64,000 bases of DNA, from assembly GCA_963836235.1 (NCBI GenBank), contig CAWIIP010000002.1, forward strand, positions 960,001 to 1,024,000. Direction: 5' to 3'. This DNA is from an uncultured Pseudomonadota bacterium (GTDB lineage Bacteria; Oederibacteriota; Muellerivitia; Muellerivitales; Muellerivitaceae). A program made the translations under genes and the position numbers. How positions within the stretch are numbered: position 1 is the stretch's first letter; each line of letters starts with the position of its first letter. Shown piece after piece: positions 18,915 through 29,353 of the stretch. The notes under the pieces were generated by a model. The model was given only the letters and a program-made list of their open reading frames with translations. It was not told the origin of the DNA and made no database searches.

Positions 18915-19811
18915 ATGGATAAACCCCTTTCCTTGGTTTTAGCCGCCGGCAGCCTGGGTGATTCGATCCTGACCCTACCCGCGCTCCAGGCCCTTCAATC
19001 CAGATCCAAGGTCACCATCGCCGGAACTTCCCCCTACCTTGCCTTGGGCGCCCCGCTCCTGGGAGTGGAAGAGGTGGGCCCTTTGGATTCGCTACTCCAA
19101 GCCCTCCTTTATGACGGATCGCTGGACGAAAAGGACCGCCAATTTTTGGCGGGTTTCCATGAGGCCTTTATTTTTTTCAAATCAAAAGATACGAGGCTTC
19201 TGGAAAAACTCGCCGCCATCGGAAACCTTCGGGTACACCAACCCGCCAAACCTTTCGGGCAATTCCTGGCCGAAGGCCGATGGGCGGCTGAATATTGGCT
19301 AGAGACGGTTCTGCCGGGGCCCCTGCCAGACGATTCCCCCTGGCGCCAAGCCCGGCTTCAGGTGGACGAAGCTTTGAGGGAAAAGGGCCGTTGGATATTG
19401 CGTTGCTTGGGGCTTTTCACTCCCCTAGTCATGCACCCGGGAAGCGGGAGTCCCTCCAAGAACGCGCCCCTTTCCTTCTTCCGTGAGGCCGCCGAGCGGG
19501 CTGGTACTGAATCCCAAAAACAGGTGCTGGTGGTTTGGGGCGAGGCAGAGGCGAAAAACATGGGGGCCATCCGGGAGGCATTCGCCGGTTTGGAACATGT
19601 TCGGGTTCTGCCCGAACCCCTGACGCTGCGGGAACTAGCGGGGGTTTTTTCCGAATCGGCGGCCTATTTGGGAAACGACAGCGGTGTCACCCATTTGGCC
19701 TCGGCCTGCGGCTTGAAGACCTTCGCCCTTTTCAACGCGACCGACGCCAATATTTGGGGTCCCCGGGTCAATTCGATCGTTCTTTCCATGCTCAAGGGCA
19801 ACCTGCACTAA
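18915..19811 (+). CDS. Glycosyltransferase family 9 (ADP-heptose:LPS heptosyltransferase-like)
   Basis: SLGDSILTLP, HPGSGSPSK, YLGNDSGVTHLA, WGP. Confidence 0.88.
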   Translation: MDKPLSLVLAAGSLGDSILTLPALQALQSRSKVTIAGTSPYLALGAPLLGVEEVGPLDSLLQALLYDGSLDEKDRQFLAGFHEAFIFFKSKDTRLLEKLAAIGNLRVHQPAKPFGQFLAEGRWAAEYWLETVLPGPLPDDSPWRQARLQVDEALREKGRWILRCLGLFTPLVMHPGSGSPSKNAPLSFFREAAERAGTESQKQVLVVWGEAEAKNMGAIREAFAGLEHVRVLPEPLTLRELAGVFSESAAYLGNDSGVTHLASACGLKTFALFNATDANIWGPRVNSIVLSMLKGNLH

Positions 19812-19843
19812 CGCTGCCTTTTCGTGCAAAAACCGGAGCGTTT

Positions 19844-20746
19844 TTACTTTTTCTTCGCTTTTTTGCCCTTCTTCCCCTTTAAGGCTTCCACCAAAGCGGC
19901 GCCGATCTCTCCGGGACTGGGGGCTACTGTGATTCCCGCCGCACTGAGCGCCTCAATTTTTTCTTTGGCTGTTCCTTTACCCCCGGAAACGATGGCGCCG
20001 GCATGGCCCATGCGCTTGCCCGGAGGAGCCGTGGCGCCCGCGATAAAAGCCGCCACCGGTTTCTTCATATACTTCTTCACATATTGGGCCGCTTCTTCCT
20101 CGGCGCTTCCGCCAATCTCGCCGATCATGATGACGGCCTGGGTATTTTTATCGGCGTTGTAGGCTTCCAGTGTGTCCAGATGGGTGGTTCCAATGATAGG
20201 GTCCCCACCGATACCAATACAGGTGGACTGGCCGAGCCCCAACTGGGTGACCTGCCAAACCGCCTCATAAGTGAGCGTTCCCGAACGGGAAACAATGCCG
20301 ATTTTGCCCGGTTTATGGATATAACCCGGCATGATCCCCACCTTCGCCACTCCCGGGGTGATGATGCCGGGACAATTGGGACCGATCAGGCGCACATCCT
20401 GGTGGCTTTTTAAAACCGCGCGGACCTTGGCCATATCATTGGCCGGAATTCCCTCGGTGATACAAACAATCAACTTGATTCCACCGGCGGCGGCTTCCAA
20501 AATGGCGTCAGCCGCGAAAAGAGCGGGAACGAAAATGAGGCTGGTGTTGGCGCCTGTTTTCCCCACCACTTCCTCGACCGTATCGTAAACTTTGAAGCCT
20601 TCGATCTCAGTGCCGCCCTTCCCCGGCGTCACCCCACCGACCATCTTGGTCCCGTAATCTCGGCAGGCTTTGGAATGGAAAAGCCCCGCGGTTCCCGTGA
20701 TGCCTTGGCAAATAACCTTGGCGTTTTTATCCAGATAGATACTCAT
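19844..20746 (-). CDS. sucD: Succinyl-CoA synthetase alpha subunit
   Basis: [36 protein letters not shown]; ATGA overlap with the sucC stop. Confidence 0.97.
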   Translation of the reverse strand: MSIYLDKNAKVICQGITGTAGLFHSKACRDYGTKMVGGVTPGKGGTEIEGFKVYDTVEEVVGKTGANTSLIFVPALFAADAILEAAAGGIKLIVCITEGIPANDMAKVRAVLKSHQDVRLIGPNCPGIITPGVAKVGIMPGYIHKPGKIGIVSRSGTLTYEAVWQVTQLGLGQSTCIGIGGDPIIGTTHLDTLEAYNADKNTQAVIMIGEIGGSAEEEAAQYVKKYMKKPVAAFIAGATAPPGKRMGHAGAIVSGGKGTAKEKIEALSAAGITVAPSPGEIGAALVEALKGKKGKKAKKK

Positions 20747-21915
20747 GCTTGCACCCCCTTGGCGGCCGCGACCACCGTTTTGGCGGCCGAATCCATGCTG
20801 GAGGCGAATTGGTATTTGAGAACCGATTGGGATAGCAATTTCTTTCCTTGCTCTACGTTGGTGCCTTCCAATCGTATGACGAGGGGCAGGGATAAACCCA
20901 CTTCCTTGGCCGCGTCCATGATGCCCTGGGCGATCACGTCGCATTTCATGATACCGCCGAAGATATTGACCAAAATTGCTTTCACTCGGCTGTCGGAAAG
21001 GATGATCTTGAAGGCCTGGGTGACGGCCTTGGTCGTGGCACTTCCACCCACATCCAAGAAATTAGCGGGGGACCCCCCGAAATGCTGGATGGCGTCGGCG
21101 GTAGCCATAGCAAGACCCGCGCCGTTCACCAGGCATCCAATATTTCCGTCCAACGAGATATATGAAAGTCCGTGGCCAGCGGCTTCCAGCTCCCTTGGGT
21201 CTTCCTCATCCGGATCGCGCCAGGATTCGTATTCTTTATGCCGGGCCAAGCCGTTATCCTCAAAGGCCAGCTTAGCGTCCAGACAATGGATGTTGCCGTC
21301 TTTTAAAACCACCAAGGGATTGACCTCGATCAGGGAAAGGTCCAACTCGAGGAATATTTTCACCAGGTCTTGGAATAGCTTGGCGCCCTGGTTGATCTTG
21401 TCGCGGGAAAGTCCCAGGCTTAAGTGCAGTTGCCGGGCTTGATAGGCCTGGAGCCCGGTCAAGGGGTCCACATAGACTTTTTGGATAGCTTGGGGCTTAT
21501 GGACGGCCAATTCCTCAATCTCGGTGCCGCCTTCGGCGGAGGCTAAAATCACCGGGCATTGACGGGAACGGTCCAATACCACGCTAACGTAAAGTTCCTT
21601 GGTGTAATCGGCGGCTGGAGTGATAAATATTTTTTTAACTAATTTGCCTTCCGGACCGGTTTGCGGGGAAATAAGCCTCATCCCCAGAATGTCGCTGGCC
21701 TTTTGCCGGACTTCGATCTCGTCCTTGGCCAGCTTTACTCCGCCGGCCTTGCCCCTGCCACCAGCGTGGATTTGAGCCTTGACCACCCAAGGGCCCGTTG
21801 GGAATTTTTTTAACGCTTCGTCGACTTCCGAAAGATGTTTCACCAGCACACCGGGCGTAACCGGCAGCCCATACTTAGCGAATATTTCCTTGGCTTGGTA
21901 TTCGTGAAGTTTCAC
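20743..21915 (-). CDS. sucC: Succinyl-CoA synthetase beta subunit
   Basis: [37 protein letters not shown]; GTG start after AAGGAG. Confidence 0.97.
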   Translation of the reverse strand: MKLHEYQAKEIFAKYGLPVTPGVLVKHLSEVDEALKKFPTGPWVVKAQIHAGGRGKAGGVKLAKDEIEVRQKASDILGMRLISPQTGPEGKLVKKIFITPAADYTKELYVSVVLDRSRQCPVILASAEGGTEIEELAVHKPQAIQKVYVDPLTGLQAYQARQLHLSLGLSRDKINQGAKLFQDLVKIFLELDLSLIEVNPLVVLKDGNIHCLDAKLAFEDNGLARHKEYESWRDPDEEDPRELEAAGHGLSYISLDGNIGCLVNGAGLAMATADAIQHFGGSPANFLDVGGSATTKAVTQAFKIILSDSRVKAILVNIFGGIMKCDVIAQGIMDAAKEVGLSLPLVIRLEGTNVEQGKKLLSQSVLKYQFASSMDSAAKTVVAAAKGVQA

Positions 21916-21989
21916 AATCACTCCTTTGAAAGGGATGAAACGCCCTACGGCAAAACCCGGCTGATGTCAGTATCAAAAGAATACCGGCT

Positions 21990-23402
21990 TTAATGAATGT
22001 GGTTGTGGTATTCCAGAAAAAGGCCCCTGAAGTCGTTGAAAATAACGAAAGCGAACAACCCGGCAATCAAGACAATCCCAACCTGTTGAAATGCCATTTG
22101 AACCTTGATCGACACAGGGCTTCTCTTAATGCCTTCAATGAGAAAAATAACGATCTGGCCGCCATCCACCAAAGGAATGGGCAACAGGTTCATCAAGAAA
22201 AGGATGAGGGAAATAACGGCCACCACGTTGAAAAGCTCCGCCAATCCATGGGAAGCCCGGTCATACATTAAACGCAGGATCACAACAGGCCCGCCCACGG
22301 CCGATTTTAAGGCAACCTTACCGGTGACCAGTTTGTATATGCCCCCCAGGTAGGTCTCGCTAAAATTGAAACAAAACCCGGCGGAGTCGGCCATGGCCTT
22401 GAACGCCGATATTTTGACGACTTCCTCTTTTTGGAGGTCCTCCACGGGTTGGACTCCGATTACTTTATATTCACCGTTATCAATGCGGTTAACGGCCACA
22501 TGATGTGTTTTTTGATCACGCATGAATTCAACTTGGATGGGATCTTGCTTCGCGCTGCGAACAAAATAGGCCAACTGGTTCCAATCCGAGACATTTTGGC
22601 CATCCACGCTTAATATTTTATCGCCGTCCTGAATACCCGCGTTGCGGGCCGGCTGGCCTATGGCGGCGAGAACCACCGGCGGGATAATCGAATTGATTCC
22701 TAAAATCGGCTCTTGCGCCGGAGGTGGGCCAAAATCCAGGGCGGCAAGAAAGTGCAAAATGACGTTGTCAGAGGAGGCCCATGAGCTGATAGGCTTGGCG
22801 GGACGCGTTAATGTGGCGTTAAAGTCTTTCCCCTTGCGATCCACTTCCACCACCACCGAATGGCAATAATCCGGCATCGAATCGGTAAGGGCGGTGAAAA
22901 GATTTTTAACTTCGACATTATTGACTTTCAACAAATGATCGCCGCTTTGGAGGCCCGCTTTATCGGCTAAGCTTCCAGGCGGAACGAAACCAATGATTGG
23001 GCTTTCCAAGGGTGTGATTTCACCTTGCGCCAATAATAGGCAGGTCATCACCACCAGCGCGGTCGCCAAATTCATCAAGGGCCCACCAAGCGCGATAATG
23101 ACCCTTTTCCACCAGGAAACAAAAAGAAAATCCCCCGGTTCGGGGGGCTTGGCGTTCATTTCTTCAACCGATTTACCACTCGCGTCTCCGCCCTTTGGGA
23201 GGCAAAACCCCCCGAGAGGCAAAGCCCTTATGGCAAAAACCGTTCTTCCCCATTTCCGGGAAATCAAAGTCGGCCCGAACCCGATGGCGAATTCGTCCAC
23301 TTCCACCCCGCAAAAACGCATGGCGACGTAATGTCCACCCTCATGAATAGTGATCATGAAACTAAAAGCTAGGATTGTCTCGATAAGATGCACTAGGTTC
23401 AT
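21990..23402 (-). CDS. rseP: RIP metalloprotease RseP (two PDZ domains)
   Basis: HEGGH, FAIGFGP, GPLMN, NLLPIPLVDGG; follows dxr. Confidence 0.93.
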   Translation of the reverse strand: MNLVHLIETILAFSFMITIHEGGHYVAMRFCGVEVDEFAIGFGPTLISRKWGRTVFAIRALPLGGFCLPKGGDASGKSVEEMNAKPPEPGDFLFVSWWKRVIIALGGPLMNLATALVVMTCLLLAQGEITPLESPIIGFVPPGSLADKAGLQSGDHLLKVNNVEVKNLFTALTDSMPDYCHSVVVEVDRKGKDFNATLTRPAKPISSWASSDNVILHFLAALDFGPPPAQEPILGINSIIPPVVLAAIGQPARNAGIQDGDKILSVDGQNVSDWNQLAYFVRSAKQDPIQVEFMRDQKTHHVAVNRIDNGEYKVIGVQPVEDLQKEEVVKISAFKAMADSAGFCFNFSETYLGGIYKLVTGKVALKSAVGGPVVILRLMYDRASHGLAELFNVVAVISLILFLMNLLPIPLVDGGQIVIFLIEGIKRSPVSIKVQMAFQQVGIVLIAGLFAFVIFNDFRGLFLEYHNHIH

Positions 23403-23544
23403 TCAAAATCCTTGGATCAAACTTTATTCATGGTGGAGCGGGAAAAAGCTTCCATCAATTTAGGTTGAGGCCTTTATTTTTGGAAGAGCTCTTCTTCAAT
23501 TTGGATGTTTTCGAGCCCTTTTCTCTGATCCTTGGTTAAAAAGC

Positions 23545-24693
23545 TCATATTTTCGAAGCTTCTTCGCGGGCCCAACGGTCGGCACTCAATATACCATCCA
23601 GGGTTCCGTTTGTCAGGGGCCGGTATTTTCGCAATGTTTTTTCAATAATTTGAGGGATTTGGACAAAAGTTATTTCTTCTTTTAAAAACCTCCCCACCGC
23701 TACCTCATTGGCGGCGTTCAATACCGCCGGATAGGTCCCTCCTTTTTCACCCGCCTCGTAAGCCAAGTCCACACAGCGGAATTTTTTGCGATCCGGCTTT
23801 TCAAAATGAAGCCGCCCGATTCGAGCCAGGTCCAACCTGCTAACCGGCGAATTGGCCCGCGCCGGGTAGGTTAGGGCATATTGGATGGGAATTTGCATGT
23901 CCGTGGTGCCCAATTGGGCCAGCACCGAACCGTCGATATATTCCACCATGGAATGGATAATGGACTCGGGATGGATCACGATGTCGATTTTTTCAAAAGG
24001 GACGTTGAACAAGTAATGCGCTTCGATCACTTCCAAGCCCTTATTCATGAGTGTCGCCGAATCGATCGTGATCTTGGGCCCCATTCGCCAAGTCGGATGG
24101 TTGAGGGCTTGCTTCAAGGTAATCTTTGAAAAATGTTTCTGGGCCAAATTGCGGAAAGGCCCGCCGGAGGCCGTGAGAAGAATCTTGTGGATTTCATTCG
24201 AATGGCGAGAGCCCACCAGACATTGGAAAACCGCGCAGTGTTCGCTGTCCACCGGCAGGATCTTGGAGCCGGATTTTTGGGCGGCTTTCGTCACGACTTC
24301 CCCCGCCATGACCATAGTCTCTTTATTCGCCAGGGCGATATCCTTGCCCTTTTGAATGGCGGTTAAGGTAGGTTTCAACCCCGCCGCTCCCACAATGGCG
24401 GAAAGAACCAAGCTCGCTCCCGATTCCCCGGCCACCGCCGCCACTCCCTCCGGCCCCGCTGAAAGTCGGGTAGACGATCCTTTTGTCAACGCCTTTAACT
24501 GCGGAAAAAAGCTTTCATCCATGATAGCGGCCATCTTGGGCTTGAAAGCCTTGATTTGCTTCGCCAGCTCTTTCGCGTTCCGGAAAGCGGTTAAACCCAC
24601 CACTCGAAATGCGGGTTTTAGTTTTCCGACCACTTTAAGGGTTGAAATGCCGATGGAACCGGTCGAACCCAAAATGGCTATTTTTTTTGGCAT
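23545..24693 (-). CDS. dxr: 1-deoxy-D-xylulose-5-phosphate reductoisomerase
   Basis: LGSTGSIG, LANKE, LPVDSEH, HPTWRMGPKITIDSAT, NAANE. Confidence 0.97.
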   Translation of the reverse strand: MPKKIAILGSTGSIGISTLKVVGKLKPAFRVVGLTAFRNAKELAKQIKAFKPKMAAIMDESFFPQLKALTKGSSTRLSAGPEGVAAVAGESGASLVLSAIVGAAGLKPTLTAIQKGKDIALANKETMVMAGEVVTKAAQKSGSKILPVDSEHCAVFQCLVGSRHSNEIHKILLTASGGPFRNLAQKHFSKITLKQALNHPTWRMGPKITIDSATLMNKGLEVIEAHYLFNVPFEKIDIVIHPESIIHSMVEYIDGSVLAQLGTTDMQIPIQYALTYPARANSPVSRLDLARIGRLHFEKPDRKKFRCVDLAYEAGEKGGTYPAVLNAANEVAVGRFLKEEITFVQIPQIIEKTLRKYRPLTNGTLDGILSADRWAREEASKI

Positions 24694-24911
24694 GAAATGA
24701 AGGTCCTGAAATAGAGGGGGTAACCAAAAGCGGGAGATTATAACACCCGGCCTAAAATAAAAAAACGAGAGGATGAATCCCACCCACTCGTTTAAAAACC
24801 TCGAAATCGCTCACTTTAATTCTATCTACTGGCTTTTAGTTGGTTTCAACCCATTCAAAGAAGACTGGGAGTGGAGACTTAAATTTCATGCTTATTTAAC
24901 CCATCAAGGGA

Positions 24912-27900
24912 TTAACGCAGGAGGAGGAGTTTGACTACGGAGTGGTAACCGTTATGGTTTGAGATCACCACATAGTAAAGGCCACTAGCCAGAGGTGCCC
25001 CTGACTTGTCGTTCAGGGCCAAAGGAATATGCCAGGTCTTCGCTGTTGTACTCCCGCTCACCGAAGCCGTCACGCCCGGTGACGAGGTCGACACCGTGTT
25101 GTCCTGCACATCCCGGAAGGCCACCGTGAATATCTGCACACTCAATGTATCCGACGCTTGACTCAATGTCGCCGACACCGTAACGGGTCCTCCCGTGGAG
25201 GGGTTCGGGTAAACCACTGGTATCGAACTCGGTTGAAGGGTGGAAGTCGGCGTCAACGAAGCCGTGGAATTGGGCGTCGAGGACGGTGTAGAGGTCGCCG
25301 AGCTAATCGTGACGACAGCCCCGGGGACCGGCAATCCGCCGAAGCCAACAGCTTGGCCATTGTTCCCTGCTCCGCCTGTCACACTGAATGTGTAGGTACC
25401 CGTCGGCGCGCTAGTCGAGAAGGTCGCCACCACTTCATAAGTCACCGCCCCATTACTGGCCGGAATGACATTATTGGAAGTTAAACTACTCAAATTAAAG
25501 GTCGCCGTCGTTCCAGTGAAACTGGCCGTGGAAATAACCGTTCCATTGTCCACCAGCGATACGGAAGTGATTCCCGTAGGGGATGCACCTGACTCGGTAA
25601 GGGTCAAACTGCTCAAAGTGACGGCATTTGCTCCGGGATTGGTCAATTGGACTTGTTGTACGGCCACGTTGGAAGCTCCCGCCGGTTGAGTTGAATCGAC
25701 AGGCGGGCTGGACCCTTGCGAAGCCTGCACCGTTACTTGGGTGGGAGTCGGGGTCGGGGTGATCGTAGGCGTATTGGTCAGCGTGACCGTTGCCGTAAAG
25801 GTTGGGCTGTTGGTTAAAGTTTCGGTGGCCGTATTGGCCAGAGTATTGGTAGGTGTGGAAGTCGTTGTTTTAGTTTCCGTATTCGAAGCGGTAAGCGTCG
25901 GAGTGGTGGTGGCGCTATTCGCCAAAGTATTAGTGGGCGTGAAAGTCGTTGTTTTAGTTTCCGTATTCGAAGTCGTAAGCGTTGGGGTGTTGGTAGCGCT
26001 ATTCGCCAAGGTATTAGTGGCTGTCGCCGTGGCCGTACTGGTGGCGCTATTCGCTAAAGTATTCGTGGGCGTGAAAGTCGTTGTTTTAGTTTCCGTATTC
26101 GAAGTCGTAAGCGTTGGGGTGTTGGTAGCGCTATTCGCCAAGGTATTAGTGGCTGTTGCCGTGGCGGTATTCGTGGCACTATTCGCCAAAGTATTCGTAG
26201 GCGTCGACGTGGCCGTATTTATGGCCGTATTTGTCGTCGTACTGGTAGTCGTCGAGGTCGGGGTTTTGGTCGCCGTCATTGTCGTCGTATTCGTGGCTGT
26301 ATTGGTTCCCGTGTTCGTGGCCGTGAATGTAGCCGTACTCGTTCCTGTCTTGGTGGGAGTAGAGGAAGGTGTCGACGTCACGATTGTTCCCGTGGGACTC
26401 AGGGTCGGTGTATCGCTGATGGTGGGGGTGGCGGTGTCAGTCGTCGTGGAAGTGGCGGTTTTAGTCGCCGTGTTCGTCGCCGTTTGTGTAATGGTGGAAG
26501 TAGTCGTACCGGTAGTTGTGGAAGTCACCGTTCGGGTGGCAGTGGAAGTAGATGTATTCGTGGCTGTATTCGTCAGGGTGTTGGTGGAAGTGGCCGTCGG
26601 GCTGTTGGTCGGAGTTTGAGTAGCCGTGCGAGTGGCGGTATTAGTCGTTGTGCCGGTTGCCGTGTTGGTCGTCGTGTTCGTCGCCGTGCTGGCTAAAGTA
26701 CTAGTAGAAGTCGCGGTCACGGTTGAAGTAACCGTCTTCGTAGGGCTATTCGTCATCGTATAAGTTGGACTATTCGTAGCCGTAAAGGTCGGAGTTGCGG
26801 TAGATGTATTACCCACGGTATTCGTCGAGCTCGCGGTCGCTGTAAAGGTCGGGGTTCGCGTTGGACTGTTTGTAGCCGTAGCCATAGTTGTCCCAGTCGA
26901 CGTAAAAGTGGTGGTACTTGTCACAGTGTTCGTAAGGGTTGCTGTCGAACTGTTGGTAGGCGAGGCCGTGGTTGTGCGGGTGGCGGTACTGGTGGTCGTA
27001 GCCGTCGGACTGCTGGTTGGGGTATTGGTCGATGTGTTACCAACGGTATTGGTTGGAGTGAGAGTCGCTGTTCGGGTTGACGTAAAAGAAGACGTACTCG
27101 TCAAAGTGTTCGTGGGGGTGCCAGTGGAGGTGCGGGTAGGCGTAAAAGTAGGAGAGGGAGTCGGAGTGAAAGTATTGGTGGCGGCGACGACCGAAGGTGT
27201 GGCAGTGGGTGGGGCCGTTCCCGCTAGACAAACATTATCAATCCAAAACCCGAAAGTGGAGGGGGCCCCTTCGGTTTCCCATTGAAGGGAACTCACCCAA
27301 GTAATGGCTTGGGCCAAACTATAGGTCACCCCGCCAATGACCGGAGGACAGCTACCGCCACCCCAATCCTGGCACTCACAAGCGGTAACGGGAACGGAAA
27401 CATATTGCCAGGTATTGGCGGTAGTGACGTTGAAATCGAACCCATACTGGTTGTCAGTACCTCCACCGCCTACTAACGAACCCATCCAGCTTAAGGGCGC
27501 GACCGCAACGTGAGGGTTATTGAGGTTGAATCTCAAGGTAACCCCAGCAACGGTGGATTGGACATAAAAAGAGATGTTCGTCACCCAGCTTAAGTTGGAA
27601 TATCCAGTATTCATTTGGGTCGCCAAGGCGAAACCGGCGTAAGTGGTTACGCCCCCGTCCGTGACACAGCCATTGCAGGCCCAACCGCCGGTCACATGGG
27701 CCGAATAACTGCTGGGGGCAACAGCGGCGATACTATTGTCCATAATGACCGAACAAGGCACTCCGCCGGGACAACTGACGGTCGACATAGCTGGGGTAAC
27801 GGGTGTGTTCGAGGCGGTGGTCCAGTCATAGGTAAACCAGTCACCGTTTGTATTGTTGTAAAAGGTATCTTCAGTGAAGTTAGACACTTGCCAACAGGAA

Positions 27901-29102
27901 GCTGGGACCGGCGTGGCGGTCGGCGTATAAGTAGGTCCTCCGGGCGTTGGCGCACAGCCATATCCATTCGCGGCGGCCAGCCAACTGATGACCGAAACGC
28001 CATGGAAGGAAGTGCCCGTAAATGGTAAGGAAGTCAAACTCGTATTTATGACAGGGATTGAAGTGGATTCTCCTATAGACCAAGCAGTAGCGCTTAAGGT
28101 AATTCCGGCTTGATTTCCGCCATTCAACCAGGGAATAAAGCTTGTATCAAAAGCGATGCCGCCATCAGGCGCGGTATCGCTACCACCGGGGCCGGGACCG
28201 AATTCCCCAACCATGATGGCATAGGTACTGGCGAAGGAACCGACATTGGTATTCCAGGAGCTAGTGCTGATGCCATAATTGTCGTCATAAAGGTGGGCGT
28301 CATAAAGAATTCCATTGCCGCTTCCGGTATCCGTTAAGACATCACCGGGAAGTAAATTAGTGAAGGTTTGGCAATAATTAAGACCTCCGACGATGACAAC
28401 GTTGTTGGCGGTAGCAGTGGAATTGTTGGAGAGGGGTGTACCAAGCCCAGCCGCTGCTCTGACTGTAGCTAAAAGAGATTTGAACCCCGGGGTGGTAAAC
28501 CCCTCGTTCGCCGTTCCGCCATTCAGCCAAGTGCCGCCGGAACTAGGAAAGGGTTCATTGAAGAGATCAAAAAGCACGGCAGGATTATTGGCGTAGCGGG
28601 CCGCCACGCTGGTCCAAAAAGCTGTGCTGTTGCTGTCGGGCATGGAATATTGCTTGGTAGCTTGACCCGGGGATCCCTCACCAGACCAATGCAGGTCCAA
28701 AATGACATAAGCACCGTTTTCAGAACAGAGGTTGACGATGGAATCTACCAAATCCCGGTAGCTCCAAGTAAAGGTATTCCAACGGTCCTGGCTAAGGGGA
28801 AGACGGATGACATTGGCTTTCCAGGTGTTAATGGCATAGTTGATGGAGGCGGTGATTCCGCCACTCGAGGGACCATCATTATTACTAAACTCCAACCCGT
28901 CCACATCCACGCCCTTCAGGATGACGGTACAGCCGCCACTGGCTTCAACGATTCGGTTTCCAGAGATTTTAAGTTGGGGCGGTGCGGCCCATACTAAAGC
29001 GGGGAGTAAAATTCCAGAAAGGATGCCCAATTGAATGAAAAAAAACTTCGCCCGAAAAAAGCGGGGTTTGGTTTGAATCGATTTTTGGAACTTACTTTTC
29101 AT
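24912..29102 (-). CDS. Secreted GH5 endoglucanase-like protein with CBM11-like domain, long Thr-rich stalk, Ig-like module and C-terminal sorting-like domain
   Basis: [26 protein letters not shown]; CBM-like FWIDNV; about 490 aa T/S/N/P repeat; tail VYPNP...[10 protein letters not shown]...LASGLYY...KLLLLR. Confidence 0.85.
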   Translation of the reverse strand: MKSKFQKSIQTKPRFFRAKFFFIQLGILSGILLPALVWAAPPQLKISGNRIVEASGGCTVILKGVDVDGLEFSNNDGPSSGGITASINYAINTWKANVIRLPLSQDRWNTFTWSYRDLVDSIVNLCSENGAYVILDLHWSGEGSPGQATKQYSMPDSNSTAFWTSVAARYANNPAVLFDLFNEPFPSSGGTWLNGGTANEGFTTPGFKSLLATVRAAAGLGTPLSNNSTATANNVVIVGGLNYCQTFTNLLPGDVLTDTGSGNGILYDAHLYDDNYGISTSSWNTNVGSFASTYAIMVGEFGPGPGGSDTAPDGGIAFDTSFIPWLNGGNQAGITLSATAWSIGESTSIPVINTSLTSLPFTGTSFHGVSVISWLAAANGYGCAPTPGGPTYTPTATPVPASCWQVSNFTEDTFYNNTNGDWFTYDWTTASNTPVTPAMSTVSCPGGVPCSVIMDNSIAAVAPSSYSAHVTGGWACNGCVTDGGVTTYAGFALATQMNTGYSNLSWVTNISFYVQSTVAGVTLRFNLNNPHVAVAPLSWMGSLVGGGGTDNQYGFDFNVTTANTWQYVSVPVTACECQDWGGGSCPPVIGGVTYSLAQAITWVSSLQWETEGAPSTFGFWIDNVCLAGTAPPTATPSVVAATNTFTPTPSPTFTPTRTSTGTPTNTLTSTSSFTSTRTATLTPTNTVGNTSTNTPTSSPTATTTSTATRTTTASPTNSSTATLTNTVTSTTTFTSTGTTMATATNSPTRTPTFTATASSTNTVGNTSTATPTFTATNSPTYTMTNSPTKTVTSTVTATSTSTLASTATNTTTNTATGTTTNTATRTATQTPTNSPTATSTNTLTNTATNTSTSTATRTVTSTTTGTTTSTITQTATNTATKTATSTTTDTATPTISDTPTLSPTGTIVTSTPSSTPTKTGTSTATFTATNTGTNTATNTTTMTATKTPTSTTTSTTTNTAINTATSTPTNTLANSATNTATATATNTLANSATNTPTLTTSNTETKTTTFTPTNTLANSATSTATATATNTLANSATNTPTLTTSNTETKTTTFTPTNTLANSATTTPTLTASNTETKTTTSTPTNTLANTATETLTNSPTFTATVTLTNTPTITPTPTPTQVTVQASQGSSPPVDSTQPAGASNVAVQQVQLTNPGANAVTLSSLTLTESGASPTGITSVSLVDNGTVISTASFTGTTATFNLSSLTSNNVIPASNGAVTYEVVATFSTSAPTGTYTFSVTGGAGNNGQAVGFGGLPVPGAVVTISSATSTPSSTPNSTASLTPTSTLQPSSIPVVYPNPSTGGPVTVSATLSQASDTLSVQIFTVAFRDVQDNTVSTSSPGVTASVSGSTTAKTWHIPLALNDKSGAPLASGLYYVVISNHNGYHSVVKLLLLR
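25911..26174. repeat. 132-bp near-perfect tandem duplication within the Thr-rich stalk
   Basis: GGCGCTATTCGC starts copies at 25911 and 26043; the block GTCGTTGTTTTAGTTTCCGTATTCGAAG occurs three times. Confidence 0.85.
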
Positions 29103-29296
29103 TTCTAACCTTTAAAAAAATAACGGCTTCAACCATATGAACCAAAAGATTCGTGAATACAAAGAAGTTTACCACTATCTTTAAAACCATGTAAAAAACT
29201 ATTAAAGTTTTTTCTCATTCCAATCAAAACCACTTTCACCTTAAAGCATAGACTCTCAACCAATTAAAATACAAACAGTCATCCGCCAGCTTTAAT

Positions 29297-29323
29297 AAAA
29301 AAAGGCGGCCTTTCGGCCGCCTT
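29297..29323 (-). terminator. Intrinsic terminator after dnaK
   Basis: AAGGCGGCC-GAAA-GGCCGCCTT with a U tract on the minus strand. Confidence 0.85.
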
Positions 29324-29353
29324 CCACAACTCAAATTTAGAACTATTTGTTAA

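Noticed and set aside
20747-20944. N-terminal extension of SucD in the ORF track
   Set aside because: Overlaps sucC; the real start is MSIYLDK at 20746.
25860-26180. 28-bp repeats spaced 84 and 132 bp apart, superficially CRISPR-like
   Set aside because: In-frame coding repeats; intervening sequences are similar to each other and no cas genes are present.
25741-27285. Val-rich plus-strand ORFs resembling membrane proteins
   Set aside because: Reverse complement of Thr codons in the GH5 stalk.
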